A stretch of 64,000 nucleotides of DNA, from assembly GCF_947568905.1 (NCBI RefSeq), contig NC_079166.1, positions 13,578,001-13,642,000 on the forward strand. Reading direction: 5' to 3'. The position numbers and the translations under genes were made by a program. Shown one piece after another: positions 63,601 through 64,000 of this stretch. Source of the DNA: Ostrea edulis (lineage: Eukaryota). Within the stretch, counting starts at the first letter, position 1, and each line of letters begins with the position of its first letter. The notes under the pieces are model-generated. The model did not search any database. It was not told the origin of the DNA and worked only from the letters and a program-made list of their open reading frames with translations.

Positions 63601-64000
63601 AATCTCATAATCCCATAAGCAATACAAAATAGAAAGTTGGGCAAACATGGACCCCTGGACACACCAGATGTGGGAGCAGTTGCCTAGAAGTAGTAAGCAT
63701 CCCCTGTCATCCATTGCAATGATGATTAATATGTATGGAAAGTCTGGTGCTTTCATTTTTCGCACACTTTCTCCATCCACCTTAACAAAATCAAGTATTT
63801 CCAACGCGCCAAAATCCTCCGATACACTTTATGTAAATCTGTTTTTTGAGGTTCAAAATGTGCAAGGATGTGATGCTTGGCGATATGATAGATCAGTATA
63901 ACAAAATCCTTTAATTTGTAGGTGTTCGGGCGCGCTTCTGCAAAACTTTTTCAGACATTCTAAAGGAGATAGAGAAGAGGACACACACAAGAGATTACAC
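60685..64000 (+). CDS. NB-ARC/STAND ATPase gene, copy C (older paralog), 3' end outside the window
   Basis: Exons 60685-61381, 62071-62184, 62313-62456 and 63922->64000 have the same intron positions and phases as copies A/B. Motifs: FIGR, Walker A GLKGVGKS, Walker B IIFDNAED, CEGLPLAL, NYIPGTFD, DIHGILRDC, VRARFCK. Confidence 0.88.
63290..63470 (-). mobile_element. Penelope-like retroelement ORF fragment in intron 3 of copy C
   Basis: YDKRDDFNFSIVNFPYSCSNITLSPAYGVYISNLIRYARACSANGQILNRSRLLTKKL. Further 3'-end pieces lie at 62708-62805 and 63577-63710. Confidence 0.72.

Noticed and set aside
42091-64000. Prokaryotic Avs-type antiviral operon or recent horizontal transfer
   Set aside because: Genes have 7 canonical spliceosomal introns with shared positions and host-like composition; nothing here indicates recent transfer.

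Overview
AT-rich, intron-containing eukaryotic DNA. The repeat families resemble ones I recall from bivalves, so an oyster is likely (inference). (1) At the left is a head-to-head pair of conserved housekeeping genes: the 5' part of PPP6R3/SAPS (minus strand, runs off the left edge) and a complete SINHCAF/FAM60A (plus strand, 4 coding exons, 289 aa). They share a CpG-retaining promoter at about 5.4-5.9 kb. (2) From about 17.7 to 40 kb I could not identify any gene. This stretch holds SINEs, MITEs, HINE/Helentron-like elements, a foldback element, minisatellites and LINE/Penelope-like fragments. (3) From 40 kb to the right edge is a tandem array of at least three spliced genes encoding NLR-like STAND ATPases (NB-ARC with GLPL motif, winged helix, TPR repeats) with no visible N-terminal effector domain. 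Copies A and B are near-identical units joined head-to-tail at about 47.8 kb. Copy A has a 2-nt frameshift in its last exon. Copy B is intact (806 aa) and alone carries an IRF-like plus kB-like motif just upstream of its ATG. Copy C is an older paralog cut by the window edge. All exon models were assembled by hand from GT/AG sites and reading phase.
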